NCBI GenBank assembly: GCA_965263295.1
Contig: OZ253665.1
Location: 2,016,001-2,080,000 of the forward strand
Source: Spirochaetia bacterium
Lineage (GTDB): Bacteria; Spirochaetota; Spirochaetia; SP-2023
DNA length: 64,000 bases
Reading direction: 5' to 3'
The stretch's first letter is position 1. Each line of letters starts with the position of its first letter. A program made the position numbers and the translations under genes. Under the pieces are notes generated by a model. It was given only the letters and a program-made list of their open reading frames with translations. It had not been told where the DNA came from and made no database searches. Below are positions 28,487-38,105 of the stretch, in pieces.

Positions 28487-31400
28487 CTATAAATACTTGG
28501 TAGACCATTGCCGCAGTAGTTCCAGAGCCTTTTCGGCGTTTAATTGCTCCAGACCTGGGTCTTTGTCCTTCAAAGCCTGCAGCTCATTGAGCAACAAATC
28601 GGCCTCGCTAAAGAGCAGCCTGGCTTCGCGTGCCCTGTGCGAACGCTTGCCCTTTTCTGACGGCAAGCTCTCTTCGGCAGTACAAGCCTTCTCAAGTTCC
28701 TGAAATTGCTCTATATCTGGAGCGCCCCCCCCGCCCAGCTCCTGCTGCAAGTCGACGATTGCGTTCACCAGCATGGAAAACAGCCTGCCTTCCGACTCCT
28801 CTGCGACAGCGCGGGGAGCAGTCCGACCCTTGCCTTCTGTGACGGCTTCCCGCAATAATCTGTTGCACAGCTCGTAAAGTTCTTGGGCCCGGCTCTGCCC
28901 ACAGTCGCGACGAGCTCTATCCAGGCGTTGGGGAAACGGAGTGATATCGCCGATATCAATCGGTTGATTACGATCGTTTGACGGCCAAACTTGCTGCTGC
29001 AGAATTTCCTGAGCGCGCGCGGTAACTTCGGCGGGGATGCCGGCAAGGGATGCCACATGCACACCATAAGAACTGGCAATAGCCCCTTCTTGAACGTGTT
29101 TCAGGAAGCGAATTTTTTCGCCACTCTCATCTACAGCTAAACATAGCAACTTCAAATGACTCTCGCATAGCGTTGTCAGCTCGTGGTAATGGGTGGCAAA
29201 TAGTGTCAGGCACTTAAGCTTATGTAAAATGAACTCGCAAATGCTCTGGGCGATAGCCAGGCCATCGCGGGTACTCGTGCCGCGCCCCACTTCATCCATA
29301 ATCACCAAACTCTGGCGGCTGGCCTCGTTGAGGATGCGTGCGGCCTCCTGCATCTCAACCATAAAGGTCGACTCGCCGCGCGAAAGGTTATCCGATGCCC
29401 CGACACGACAAAAAATACGGTCGACAATAGGTAAGCGTGCCCGCTTGGCCGGCACATAACAGCCTATCTGGGCCAACAAAACAATCAGGGCGTTCTGCCG
29501 CAGATAGGTTGACTTACCGGCCATGTTAGGGCCAGTAATGAGAGCGAAGAAACGTTCCTCATCCAGCTCCAAATCGTTTGGAACAAAGTTTTCATCGCGC
29601 AGATATTGCTCCACCACCGGGTGACGCGCGCCCTTTATCGAAATTAATGAGTCCTGTTCCAGCAATTCGGGGCGAACATAGTTGTGGCGCTGGGCCAGCT
29701 CGGCAAAGTTAGCTAACACGTCCAGCTCGGCCAGAGCTTGGGCCAGCTGCAGCACCAGCGGTGCATAAGGCTGCAGTTGCTGGCGCAGTTCTTCAAAGAG
29801 CTGGCGCTCCAACTGCACAATTTGCCCATCGGCACTGCTGAGCTTTGCCTCCAGCTCGGCCAACTCTTCAGTGCTGTAACGCTCGCCGCCGACCAAAGAC
29901 TGCCGCCGGATAAAGTGCTCAGGTAATTTGGCCTGGGCCGCTTGGTTTTTAGTTATTTCAAAATAGTATCCAATGATTTTATTGTATTTTAACTTCAGCT
30001 TGCTCAGACCGGTCAAACTTTGTTCCCTGGCGACATAAGCATCGAGAATCTGACGGCGATCACTGAGCATGCGGCGCAATTCATCCAGCTCCTCCGAGTA
30101 ACCCGCGGCAATCATACCTCCTTCATGCAGGACGACAGGCGGATTCTCGGCCACACTGTGCAGCAGGAGTTTACGTAGTTCCCCTAATTTCTGGCGCCCT
30201 CTACTCTCTGTATCTGCCGCGGCCTCTCGCTCCATCACATTTCGGCCGGCTGGCGCCATTGGCTCGCTCAGCAACTGCCGCTCTGACTGGCGACTGGAGC
30301 AGGGATTTCCTTCGTCGCCTAGGGACTTGTCCAGCCCCCAAAACAAATCGCACAGGCGGTGCGCATTCTTGCTTTGGCGCAGTTTATCGTACATGGCCTC
30401 ATAAATGCCAATAGACTGACGTAGAGCCACTAAATCACGCGCATTTGCCTTAGCCGTAACAATACGGCTCATCACCCGCTCCAAGTCACAGAGCTGCGCC
30501 AAGTCCTCGCGCAGATTGCCACACAACAGAGAATCATCCAGGAGGGCAGCGACTCGCTCATAGCGCTGTTCCAACAAATCCCGCTGCAACAGAGGGCCGC
30601 GCAGCCAGCGGTGCAGGCAGCGCGAGCCCATCGCACTCTGACAATGGTGCAAGACCTGAAACAGGGTATAATCGCGCGCCCCGCTCTGGATGTTTTGAAA
30701 GACCTCCAGATTGCGTAAAGCGGCGGAATCGAGCTGCAGCTCCTCCTTGCGGCGCAACGGCAAGAGCCGCTGAACATGGGCCAGGACTCCGGCCTGCAGC
30801 TGGTTCTGCTGCAAATACTCAACCAGCACCCAGGCGGCTCCCAAGGCGGCGCCACTATCAATATCAGCCGGGTTCAGCTCATCAAAGCCAAAGCCCTTCA
30901 AACTCTGCACTCCAAAAAACTCAGTCAGCTTGCGCTCGGCGCTTTCTGGCGCGAAGCACCAGGCCGGAATGCGATTGCAAAGACGCCCTTCGTCCGCCCC
31001 CTGGCGCCAAAATTCGCTACTGAACTCATCGTGCAACTCTTCCATCAACAACAGCTCGCGCGAGGAGGCCAACAATAACTCGCGCTGCAGCACTTCGGCG
31101 CGCAACTTGTCGCTGGGAGCCATAAAACTGCCGGCCACGAACTCCCCCGTCGAAAAGTCAAGCATGGCCATCCCAAGGAATTGTCCCAGGCGGCAAAACG
31201 CCTGCAGGTAATTGTTCGAGCTGCGATCCAAGTAATTATCCTGCAACACGGTACCGGGCGAGACGATTTCGACCACCTCGCGTTTACTAATGCCGCGTCC
31301 AGATTTTTTTGGCAGCTCGGTCTGCTCACAGATGGCTACGCGCTTGCCGAGCTGCAGCAGGCGCCTTACGTAGTTATGCACGGCATGGTAGGGGATACCG

Positions 31401-31576
31401 GCCATCGCCAGGCCCTGACGCTTAGTCAGTGTCAAGTTCAAGAGACGACTGACTTCTTTGGCGTCATCGCAGAACATTTCGTAGAAGTCGCCCATGCGGA
31501 AAAACAGCACTGAATCTTTATGTTTTTCTTTTATTTCTTTGTATTGCCGCATCATGGGGGTATCATCGCCAGCCAT
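28487..31576 (-). CDS. mutS: DNA mismatch repair protein MutS (MutS1)
   Basis: TPMMRQY, GDFYEMF, TGPNMAGKSTY, STFMVEM, DEVGRGT, FATHY, SYGVHVA. Confidence 0.97.
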   Translation of the reverse strand: MAGDDTPMMRQYKEIKEKHKDSVLFFRMGDFYEMFCDDAKEVSRLLNLTLTKRQGLAMAGIPYHAVHNYVRRLLQLGKRVAICEQTELPKKSGRGISKREVVEIVSPGTVLQDNYLDRSSNNYLQAFCRLGQFLGMAMLDFSTGEFVAGSFMAPSDKLRAEVLQRELLLASSRELLLMEELHDEFSSEFWRQGADEGRLCNRIPAWCFAPESAERKLTEFFGVQSLKGFGFDELNPADIDSGAALGAAWVLVEYLQQNQLQAGVLAHVQRLLPLRRKEELQLDSAALRNLEVFQNIQSGARDYTLFQVLHHCQSAMGSRCLHRWLRGPLLQRDLLEQRYERVAALLDDSLLCGNLREDLAQLCDLERVMSRIVTAKANARDLVALRQSIGIYEAMYDKLRQSKNAHRLCDLFWGLDKSLGDEGNPCSSRQSERQLLSEPMAPAGRNVMEREAAADTESRGRQKLGELRKLLLHSVAENPPVVLHEGGMIAAGYSEELDELRRMLSDRRQILDAYVAREQSLTGLSKLKLKYNKIIGYYFEITKNQAAQAKLPEHFIRRQSLVGGERYSTEELAELEAKLSSADGQIVQLERQLFEELRQQLQPYAPLVLQLAQALAELDVLANFAELAQRHNYVRPELLEQDSLISIKGARHPVVEQYLRDENFVPNDLELDEERFFALITGPNMAGKSTYLRQNALIVLLAQIGCYVPAKRARLPIVDRIFCRVGASDNLSRGESTFMVEMQEAARILNEASRQSLVIMDEVGRGTSTRDGLAIAQSICEFILHKLKCLTLFATHYHELTTLCESHLKLLCLAVDESGEKIRFLKHVQEGAIASSYGVHVASLAGIPAEVTARAQEILQQQVWPSNDRNQPIDIGDITPFPQRLDRARRDCGQSRAQELYELCNRLLREAVTEGKGRTAPRAVAEESEGRLFSMLVNAIVDLQQELGGGGAPDIEQFQELEKACTAEESLPSEKGKRSHRAREARLLFSEADLLLNELQALKDKDPGLEQLNAEKALELLRQWSTKYL

Positions 31577-31677
31577 TCCGCTACACTCCCTCCCCTAGCT
31601 TACGCCAGACTAAATATCGCGGGCGTGCCAGGCATTTGCAAAGACATTTTCAGCTGCAACGCCAGCACGAGCGGCCA

Positions 31678-32739
31678 TTAAGCATCGACATCGTCCCAAT
31701 ATCCTAGCCGTTGGACTTCAGGCTCCAGTTCAAAACCACAACGACGGCGTACCTCGCTCCTGATCCGGCAGGCCAAGGCCCAGATCTCGCCGCTGCTAGC
31801 ACTTCCGCTATTGACGATAATATTGCCGTGCCAAGGTGCCAGCTGAGCGCCCCCGACCCGTAGGCCCTTTAAGCCCAGACTGTCGATGATCTGGCCTGTA
31901 GGAGCGCCAAAGGCGCGGTTATTTTTAAAGAACGACCCGCCGCAAGGCAAGCGGAAATGCCCCTTGACAATACGGTCCTCAAGGAAACTCTGCATTTCTC
32001 GCTCCAGACTCTGGGCTCCTTGTTCGCGCAGTTCTAACTCCACGGCCACAATCAGTGCTCCGGCCAATTCGTGGCCGGAATCCAGCTGGAAATGCGAATA
32101 CTTATAGCGCCAATCTTTTGGACTGAGCTCAACCCAGCGCAACTGCTCTGGCGCATAAGCCACCGGGCTCACGGCTGGAGATCCAGCATGGGCCCTGCTG
32201 ACGCCACGCGGTGGTATGGCGCGCGGAATACACTGTACCCGGCGCACAACTTGCGACATTTCGCCCCCATAGCAGCGCGCATTCATGTAGACGGCCCCGC
32301 CCAAGCTACCCGGCATACCATAAAAATGATGCAGACCGGCGGCGTTACGCCCCGCGCAGTAACGACACAATGCCGACATATCCCAGCCACTTTCGGCGCA
32401 CAGCCGGCCGCGTTCAGCCTGCCACTCAATCCCCTGCAGACGGCGCAGGCTCAGCACGACTCCGCGCACACCGCGATCAGCGACCAGCATATTCGCTCCG
32501 CCTCCGAGTACACTGAGCGCGGCAACAGGTTCAGACTTGCCATCACTATGGAATTCAGCTAATAATTGCAAGGCCAGCTGCAGCTCGGCACGGCCGCGCG
32601 GTAACAATAAAAGTTGCGCATTTCCGCCTGAAGCAAAACTGGTAAACGGAGCGAGTGAAATATCCCGGTACGCCGGATAATCGGGTTGCGCAACGTCGAT
32701 TTTCCGATATATTTCCTCTGTATAAATTGATTTGGGCAT
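31678..32739 (-). CDS. murB: UDP-N-acetylenolpyruvoylglucosamine reductase
   Basis: LGGGANML, GMPGSLGGAVYMNA, GSFFKN, HGNIIVN, LEPEV. Confidence 0.95.
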   Translation of the reverse strand: MPKSIYTEEIYRKIDVAQPDYPAYRDISLAPFTSFASGGNAQLLLLPRGRAELQLALQLLAEFHSDGKSEPVAALSVLGGGANMLVADRGVRGVVLSLRRLQGIEWQAERGRLCAESGWDMSALCRYCAGRNAAGLHHFYGMPGSLGGAVYMNARCYGGEMSQVVRRVQCIPRAIPPRGVSRAHAGSPAVSPVAYAPEQLRWVELSPKDWRYKYSHFQLDSGHELAGALIVAVELELREQGAQSLEREMQSFLEDRIVKGHFRLPCGGSFFKNNRAFGAPTGQIIDSLGLKGLRVGGAQLAPWHGNIIVNSGSASSGEIWALACRIRSEVRRRCGFELEPEVQRLGYWDDVDA

Positions 32740-32849
32740 GCTTTCTCCCCGCAGCCGGGACTATACCCTACAAAAGATACCCCGCGATTTTGTCGGACAA
32801 AGAGCTTGCACAGTAAAATGGCAGGGTATTTTTTGTGTATAAATTGAGC

Positions 32850-33071
32850 TTAACGACCGTGGCTTTGTTTTCGGGCCTCTAGGCGATCCTTACGCATTTG
32901 CTTGCGGAGTAACGCCTTGCGCTTACGATTGCGAATCAGAGAAGGCTTTTCAAAGTATTCACGACGACGCCATTCGCGAATGATGCCTTCTTTTTCAATC
33001 AAACGCTTAAAGCGTTTGATGGCTTTTTCCAATGGTTCATCTGCGCCAACTTTTACTAGTGCTATGTTCAT
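32850..33071 (-). CDS. rpsU: 30S ribosomal protein S21
   Basis: [34 protein letters not shown] 33071 after AAGGGG. Confidence 0.95.
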   Translation of the reverse strand: MNIALVKVGADEPLEKAIKRFKRLIEKEGIIREWRRREYFEKPSLIRNRKRKALLRKQMRKDRLEARKQSHGR

Positions 33072-33173
33072 CACCCCCTTAATTAACAGGATATTAGATA
33101 ATTTTGACTTTCTTGTGACCCAAATCAGCGTTGGCACCTCAGCTCAGTAAAGCAGAGTCCCGAAATTCTGCAA

Positions 33174-34256
33174 TTAACGCGCTGAAATCATAGAAATAAT
33201 CTGACTTGTGTCAATCAAAGGCTCTTCAAAATACACACTCGGATCAACTCGCTGTGCCGAGACCCAGAGCTCGGAATGCAGATGGCTACCCGTCGCAAAA
33301 CCGGTTTTACCGACTTCGCCTATCAGATCGCCTTTTTTGACAAGCTCCCCCTCGTTGACGTTTATCGTACTCAAGTGTTGATATTTTAAAAACACTCCGG
33401 GCAAAACGGCAATGATCGCCGTCAGACCTGTAACGATGCGATCTTCGGCCATGACTACCAGACCATCGCCAGAAGCCAAAACTTTCACCCCCTGGAAAGC
33501 CGCCAGGTCATAGCCCTTATGCACGCTATTCAATATCTTTCCGCCGGGATAGACGTATTTACGCACATAGCCGTAGGCCGAGGACGGCCAACCCTGGCCA
33601 TCTTCCAAGGGACGTAGCAAAGTGCCACTGTAATACAAGTCTTTCGGGTTGTCTCTCTTGATAATAGCCCACAGGCGATTGGCTTGAATGCGTTGTTTGG
33701 CGATAATATCGGGATCCTTAGGGTCCAAGATAGCTTGCATCTGGGCATTGATTTTAATAGTTTCACTAGGGAAGTCATGCTCTTGTATATAAACTGGGCG
33801 CTCCAGCAAATGACTGTGCGAGCTCTTTTTCGCCACACTCGCCCGCAGCATATAATTCCCTGCAGGCAAAGTGGAAGTAATTCCTAACAGGCCAACGTTC
33901 ACCCAATCTGTCATGCGGCCGTTCAGCTGTTTGGCCAAGGTCTCGCGCTCATAGTTAAACAAAAAACCATTGCTGTGGGCTACCACCTTGCCTTTTGCAT
34001 TGAGCAACGTATATTCCACGCTCTCAATGCGACTCAAAGGGTAGACAAAGGATTGTAAGATTCGTCCCTGTTCGACACGATCGGGAGCATAAAGTTTCTG
34101 GGCCGGTAACTGTTGGATACTCCATGCCCCCCAGACAAAAGCGCAGATGCTCCAAACATTTACAAGCCTTATGGCGGCCGGCCCGAGTTGGAATAATCCA
34201 GATAACAATCCCGACAGCTGCCTCTGCACAGTGCTCCGCTCCATCTTTATTCTCAC
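33174..34256 (-). CDS. M23-family metallopeptidase
   Basis: HKGYD and ATGSHLH zinc motifs; N-terminal TM/signal. Confidence 0.9.
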   Translation of the reverse strand: MRIKMERSTVQRQLSGLLSGLFQLGPAAIRLVNVWSICAFVWGAWSIQQLPAQKLYAPDRVEQGRILQSFVYPLSRIESVEYTLLNAKGKVVAHSNGFLFNYERETLAKQLNGRMTDWVNVGLLGITSTLPAGNYMLRASVAKKSSHSHLLERPVYIQEHDFPSETIKINAQMQAILDPKDPDIIAKQRIQANRLWAIIKRDNPKDLYYSGTLLRPLEDGQGWPSSAYGYVRKYVYPGGKILNSVHKGYDLAAFQGVKVLASGDGLVVMAEDRIVTGLTAIIAVLPGVFLKYQHLSTINVNEGELVKKGDLIGEVGKTGFATGSHLHSELWVSAQRVDPSVYFEEPLIDTSQIISMISAR

Positions 34257-36610
34257 ATTGACTCCCTTAATTTCCTTGCTTCTGGCGCTTGCAGATTTAC
34301 ATTATTTTGCTTTGGAGTTGGATTCTCATGCCGTCTGATATCGACAATTTCCAACTGAAATCTCAACTGTCCCTGGTAATGATTTGCTTGGATGTGGTAC
34401 AGAATATCAACTACATCACCTCTGACAAAATCTTTTGTATATCTTTCTGCCGCACGCCAGAAGACGGCGTTCAGACTCCGCCCCTCTCCCTCTTGGCAAA
34501 CGTCAGCGACACTTGCCTGTTCCATTTCATTGTGGACTTGCATCTCGGCTGGTTGGCACGGACGCAACAGGAGGCGCAAGTGACCAGCGTCACTACGTCC
34601 TAGAGGCTGTACGTCTTCTAGCTCTAGGCCACAGCTCAGCAACAGTAATTCAGGCCACTCCATGCCATATGGCGCAAGCGGGGCCCACAAACGTTCCAGC
34701 AACCCAGGATTCAGCATTTCCAAGGGAATTTCAGCATCGACTGAGTATTTTGCTCCCCCTACGTCCACAACTTCTTTAGCCTGCGGCAGCGGCAATAACT
34801 TCAAGAAAGCCGACCACAAATCTTTCTGGCGTTCCGCACTTATCGAAAAACCGCCGGCGGCCTGATGCCCACCATAATTGCTGAACCAGTCCGCCAACGG
34901 TTCGAGCAAAGAGAACACGGAAGGATCTCCACTAGAACGCAGCGAACCCGACCAGTGCCCCGCGTTTTGCCCGTCCCCGCCTTGAGCGATGACCGCGCAG
35001 GGCACACCGCCATACTGCTGGCTCAAGCGCCCTGCAATCAAGCCGGTTATGCCCCGCGACAACTCTGGAATGGCGACATATACGAGCTGCCCCTGCGATT
35101 CTTTGAAACTTTGCCGAGCTGGATTCTGGGCCAAGGCCAAGAATTTTTCGCTCTGTTCACGCCGCTCTTGGTTTAGCTGCACTAGCTGCCGGGCCAATAA
35201 TCGCCGTTCGTCGCCACTCTCTGCAGTCAACAGGCTAGTGACTAGAACTGTGTTGCCCATGCGTCCGGCGGCATTCAGCACGGGAATAACTTTCCACGAC
35301 AGTTCTCTAGCGTTCAGTTCCCGGCCTAAAAGACCGAGTTCCAGCAGTAACTCGCGCAGCCCGGGACGCGCTGCGCGGCTGAGCTTCTTGAGCCCCTGCT
35401 CGACAATAATGCGATTCTCATTGTGTAGCGGCATCATATCCGCAATGCTGGCTACAGCCATTAGGTCCAAGCTCTGCTCAAGGAGTTTCTGTGGCAGGGT
35501 CAACTGTCTCTCCAGCATAGACAATAGCAACTCAACCTGACAGTCAAAAAAATCCAGCTTACGATATCTTGCCTGCCGGCTCATGCGAGGCAACTCTTGA
35601 CGCAGTAACACAGGGTCTTGCAAGGCCCCACACTGACGCAAACGTTTGCCCAGGCCAGAGAATTGACGCAGCAGCTCGTCGCACAAGTTAAGCAGGTAAA
35701 TATCGCTGGATTGGCCGTAAATATTTGCCAGAGCGTCATGCGTTGCGGCTGCTGTGAAGCTACACAACACCTCATTTTGGATATAATAAAACAGGCGTTC
35801 GGCATCTTCTTGCCCCTGGAGCTGCAACTCCAGGCGGCTTTGTACGCAAAGGTTTTGAATTTTAGCTGAGCGCACCAGCACATCTGGCTTGCCATCTTTT
35901 TTTTGCACTACAATATCCAGCAGGCAGAAGCGCTGACTATTCCCTTCAAGCTGACCGAGCTCTTTCATATAGGCCAAAGCCCAAAGGAACTTGCCCGCCA
36001 CACTGGCCGCACAAATACTGGCAAACGGATAATATTCACCTTTTTCGTTAGGGCTGTGCGGATTGACCAGGGCGTAAGCTGCCGGGCGCTCTTCCTTGGC
36101 CGCATGGTGGTCCAGCACGACTACGTCGATGCCTTGCTCGCGGGCCGCCGCAATTTCGACGTGGTTGGCACAGCCACAATCTGCTGTCAGAATCAGGCTC
36201 ACCCCCTGCTCCGCAGCCTCAGCTACCACGCTCAAACTCAAACCATAAGAATCATCTGCAGTTGGGTTGCGAAACTGCAGCTTATCTCGCGCCACGCCGA
36301 GCTCCAGGAGGCCATGGTAGAGTATGGCTGTAGAACTTACGCCGTCCACATCTCGATCGCCAAAAATCAGAACCTGTTCGCCTTCGTCAATGGCACTGAC
36401 AACACGTTCGGCCGCATCATACATCTCACTGAGAAGAAAGGGATTATGCAAATAACGCGGGCTTTTTTCCAGAAAAAACAGCAGCTCTTCGCCTTTAGTA
36501 CAGCCTCGCCGGGAAAAAATCGAACTGAGCAAGACGTCAATTCCCAGAGCTCGGCTCAGCTCGCGCACACTACGTTGCCCTAGATCTTCTTTGTGCCAAA
36601 TCATCGACAC
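34253..36610 (-). CDS. recJ: ssDNA-specific exonuclease RecJ
   Basis: GDRDVDG, TADCG, LDHH, ADMMPL..ENR, NAAGR, GSLRS, GGHQAAGG; long insert after the DHH motif. Confidence 0.95.
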   Translation of the reverse strand: MSMIWHKEDLGQRSVRELSRALGIDVLLSSIFSRRGCTKGEELLFFLEKSPRYLHNPFLLSEMYDAAERVVSAIDEGEQVLIFGDRDVDGVSSTAILYHGLLELGVARDKLQFRNPTADDSYGLSLSVVAEAAEQGVSLILTADCGCANHVEIAAAREQGIDVVVLDHHAAKEERPAAYALVNPHSPNEKGEYYPFASICAASVAGKFLWALAYMKELGQLEGNSQRFCLLDIVVQKKDGKPDVLVRSAKIQNLCVQSRLELQLQGQEDAERLFYYIQNEVLCSFTAAATHDALANIYGQSSDIYLLNLCDELLRQFSGLGKRLRQCGALQDPVLLRQELPRMSRQARYRKLDFFDCQVELLLSMLERQLTLPQKLLEQSLDLMAVASIADMMPLHNENRIIVEQGLKKLSRAARPGLRELLLELGLLGRELNARELSWKVIPVLNAAGRMGNTVLVTSLLTAESGDERRLLARQLVQLNQERREQSEKFLALAQNPARQSFKESQGQLVYVAIPELSRGITGLIAGRLSQQYGGVPCAVIAQGGDGQNAGHWSGSLRSSGDPSVFSLLEPLADWFSNYGGHQAAGGFSISAERQKDLWSAFLKLLPLPQAKEVVDVGGAKYSVDAEIPLEMLNPGLLERLWAPLAPYGMEWPELLLLSCGLELEDVQPLGRSDAGHLRLLLRPCQPAEMQVHNEMEQASVADVCQEGEGRSLNAVFWRAAERYTKDFVRGDVVDILYHIQANHYQGQLRFQLEIVDIRRHENPTPKQNNVNLQAPEARKLRESM

Positions 36611-36720
36611 CAGTCTAGCGAAACTCCAACGCCTTTCACAGAGCCAAAGACAAGAGAATATTAGCCACGAGCAAGGCCTAAATTATCAGAAAAGAGGAAT
36701 TAATATAGAGTCAGTTCTTT

Positions 36721-37653
36721 CTAATCTGGCAGATACTTGCGTAAGTGCTTCGCAGAGAGACAGCGGGTGTGCCAAAGGTAGGCCAAGTTGGAAATTAAGT
36801 AGCGTTTAAACAGGCGGCGAGGTTCCTGCAACAGGCGAAACAACCACTCCAGACCAATATGCTGCATCCATAGCGGAGCGCGGCGAAGCTTCCCTGAATG
36901 GAAAAGAAAGGCAGCTCCTACCCCTAGTTGTACCAGCGGCAGAGTTCCTTTATTTTGAGCCATCCAAACTTCCTGCTTGGGGCAGCCAATACCTACAAAC
37001 AAGAGCCGAACTCCACTCTGACGAATAGCCTCCAGCTCCTCTTTCTTCGCGGCTTCACCTACAGAGCGAAAAGGCGGCGCAAAAGCGTAGGTCACTTTCA
37101 AGTTGGGGTACCGGTGCTTTAAATTCAACTGCAGCAACTCCAGACTCCCCGCCGTACCACCGTAAAGTCCAATCGGGATACCGCGCTTAGACGCCTCACA
37201 GCACAATGCACTCATCAAGTCCGGGCCACATACTCGCCGCTGCTGGCTGTAGCCTAACTTACGCAAGGCCCAGACGATCGGCATCCCATCGGGAGTCACG
37301 AGGTCAGCTTCGTCACAGATACGACGGAATTGCTCATTGTAAAAACTTTCCATACATACCGTTACTGGCGCAACGCAAACATAGCGCCCAAACATGTCGA
37401 GCTCCCCGTTAGCCGCCGGCCCGGCCCAGCGACATATTGTCTCGACAAAGTCTGCAAAAGACCCTAAATTTACTTTCAAATGCAAGACTTGACTCTGCGC
37501 CAGATATGGCCGTTCAGCTGGCCCGACATCCTGCTCCACATTGTTATCCTTTAAGAAAAACCAGTAGAAAAAGGAGGTTATGGCATGCCATAACCTCCTT
37601 AATAAGATCTTTTCGAACAAATAAAAATTCTCAGGACTGACCGATCGCCACAA
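36721..37653 (-). CDS. WecB/TagA/CpsF-family (GT26) glycosyltransferase; true start probably downstream of 37653
   Basis: PDGMPIVW, RVCGPDL, GIGCPKQE, GVGAAF, RAPLWMQHIGLEWLFRL.QEPRRL. Confidence 0.92.
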   Translation of the reverse strand: MWRSVSPENFYLFEKILLRRLWHAITSFFYWFFLKDNNVEQDVGPAERPYLAQSQVLHLKVNLGSFADFVETICRWAGPAANGELDMFGRYVCVAPVTVCMESFYNEQFRRICDEADLVTPDGMPIVWALRKLGYSQQRRVCGPDLMSALCCEASKRGIPIGLYGGTAGSLELLQLNLKHRYPNLKVTYAFAPPFRSVGEAAKKEELEAIRQSGVRLLFVGIGCPKQEVWMAQNKGTLPLVQLGVGAAFLFHSGKLRRAPLWMQHIGLEWLFRLLQEPRRLFKRYLISNLAYLWHTRCLSAKHLRKYLPD

Positions 37654-38083
37654 TTAACATAGCCAAAACGAAAATAGCTACCGATTCTACAATACCAGCC
37701 AAGAGAATATAACCGGCAGTACCTTTTCCCTCAGTCTCGACAAACGCATCACAAGCAGCAGCCATTACACGCCCCTGATACCAAGCTGAAAAACCCATGC
37801 CCAAACCACCAGACAAACCGGCGGCAAACAAAGCCCCTGGGGCGGCCACACCTTGAGCACCAAGAATGGTAAACAACAGCACAATGCCGTAAATTGTCTG
37901 GGACAGAGGGAAGGCAGAAAATGTTGTCAGCATCGTCGGTGCAATTTTACCTGCAAGCAAGGATTTTTTCATTGCTCCAACGGCACCCTGAGCCGCACTA
38001 CCTGTACCCAAAGCAGATCCTGCAGCAGCTAATCCCAGTGCAATAGCTGCACCCATTGTTCCAATATCTAAGTCCATTGGCAA
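37631..38083 (-). CDS. ntpK: V/A-type ATP synthase subunit K
   Basis: Four TM helices, PLSQTIYG, conserved Glu in GIVESVAIF. Confidence 0.93.
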   Translation of the reverse strand: MPMDLDIGTMGAAIALGLAAAGSALGTGSAAQGAVGAMKKSLLAGKIAPTMLTTFSAFPLSQTIYGIVLLFTILGAQGVAAPGALFAAGLSGGLGMGFSAWYQGRVMAAACDAFVETEGKGTAGYILLAGIVESVAIFVLAMLIVAIGQS

Positions 38084-38105
38084 ACTCCCTTTACTTTTAA
38101 AAGTT

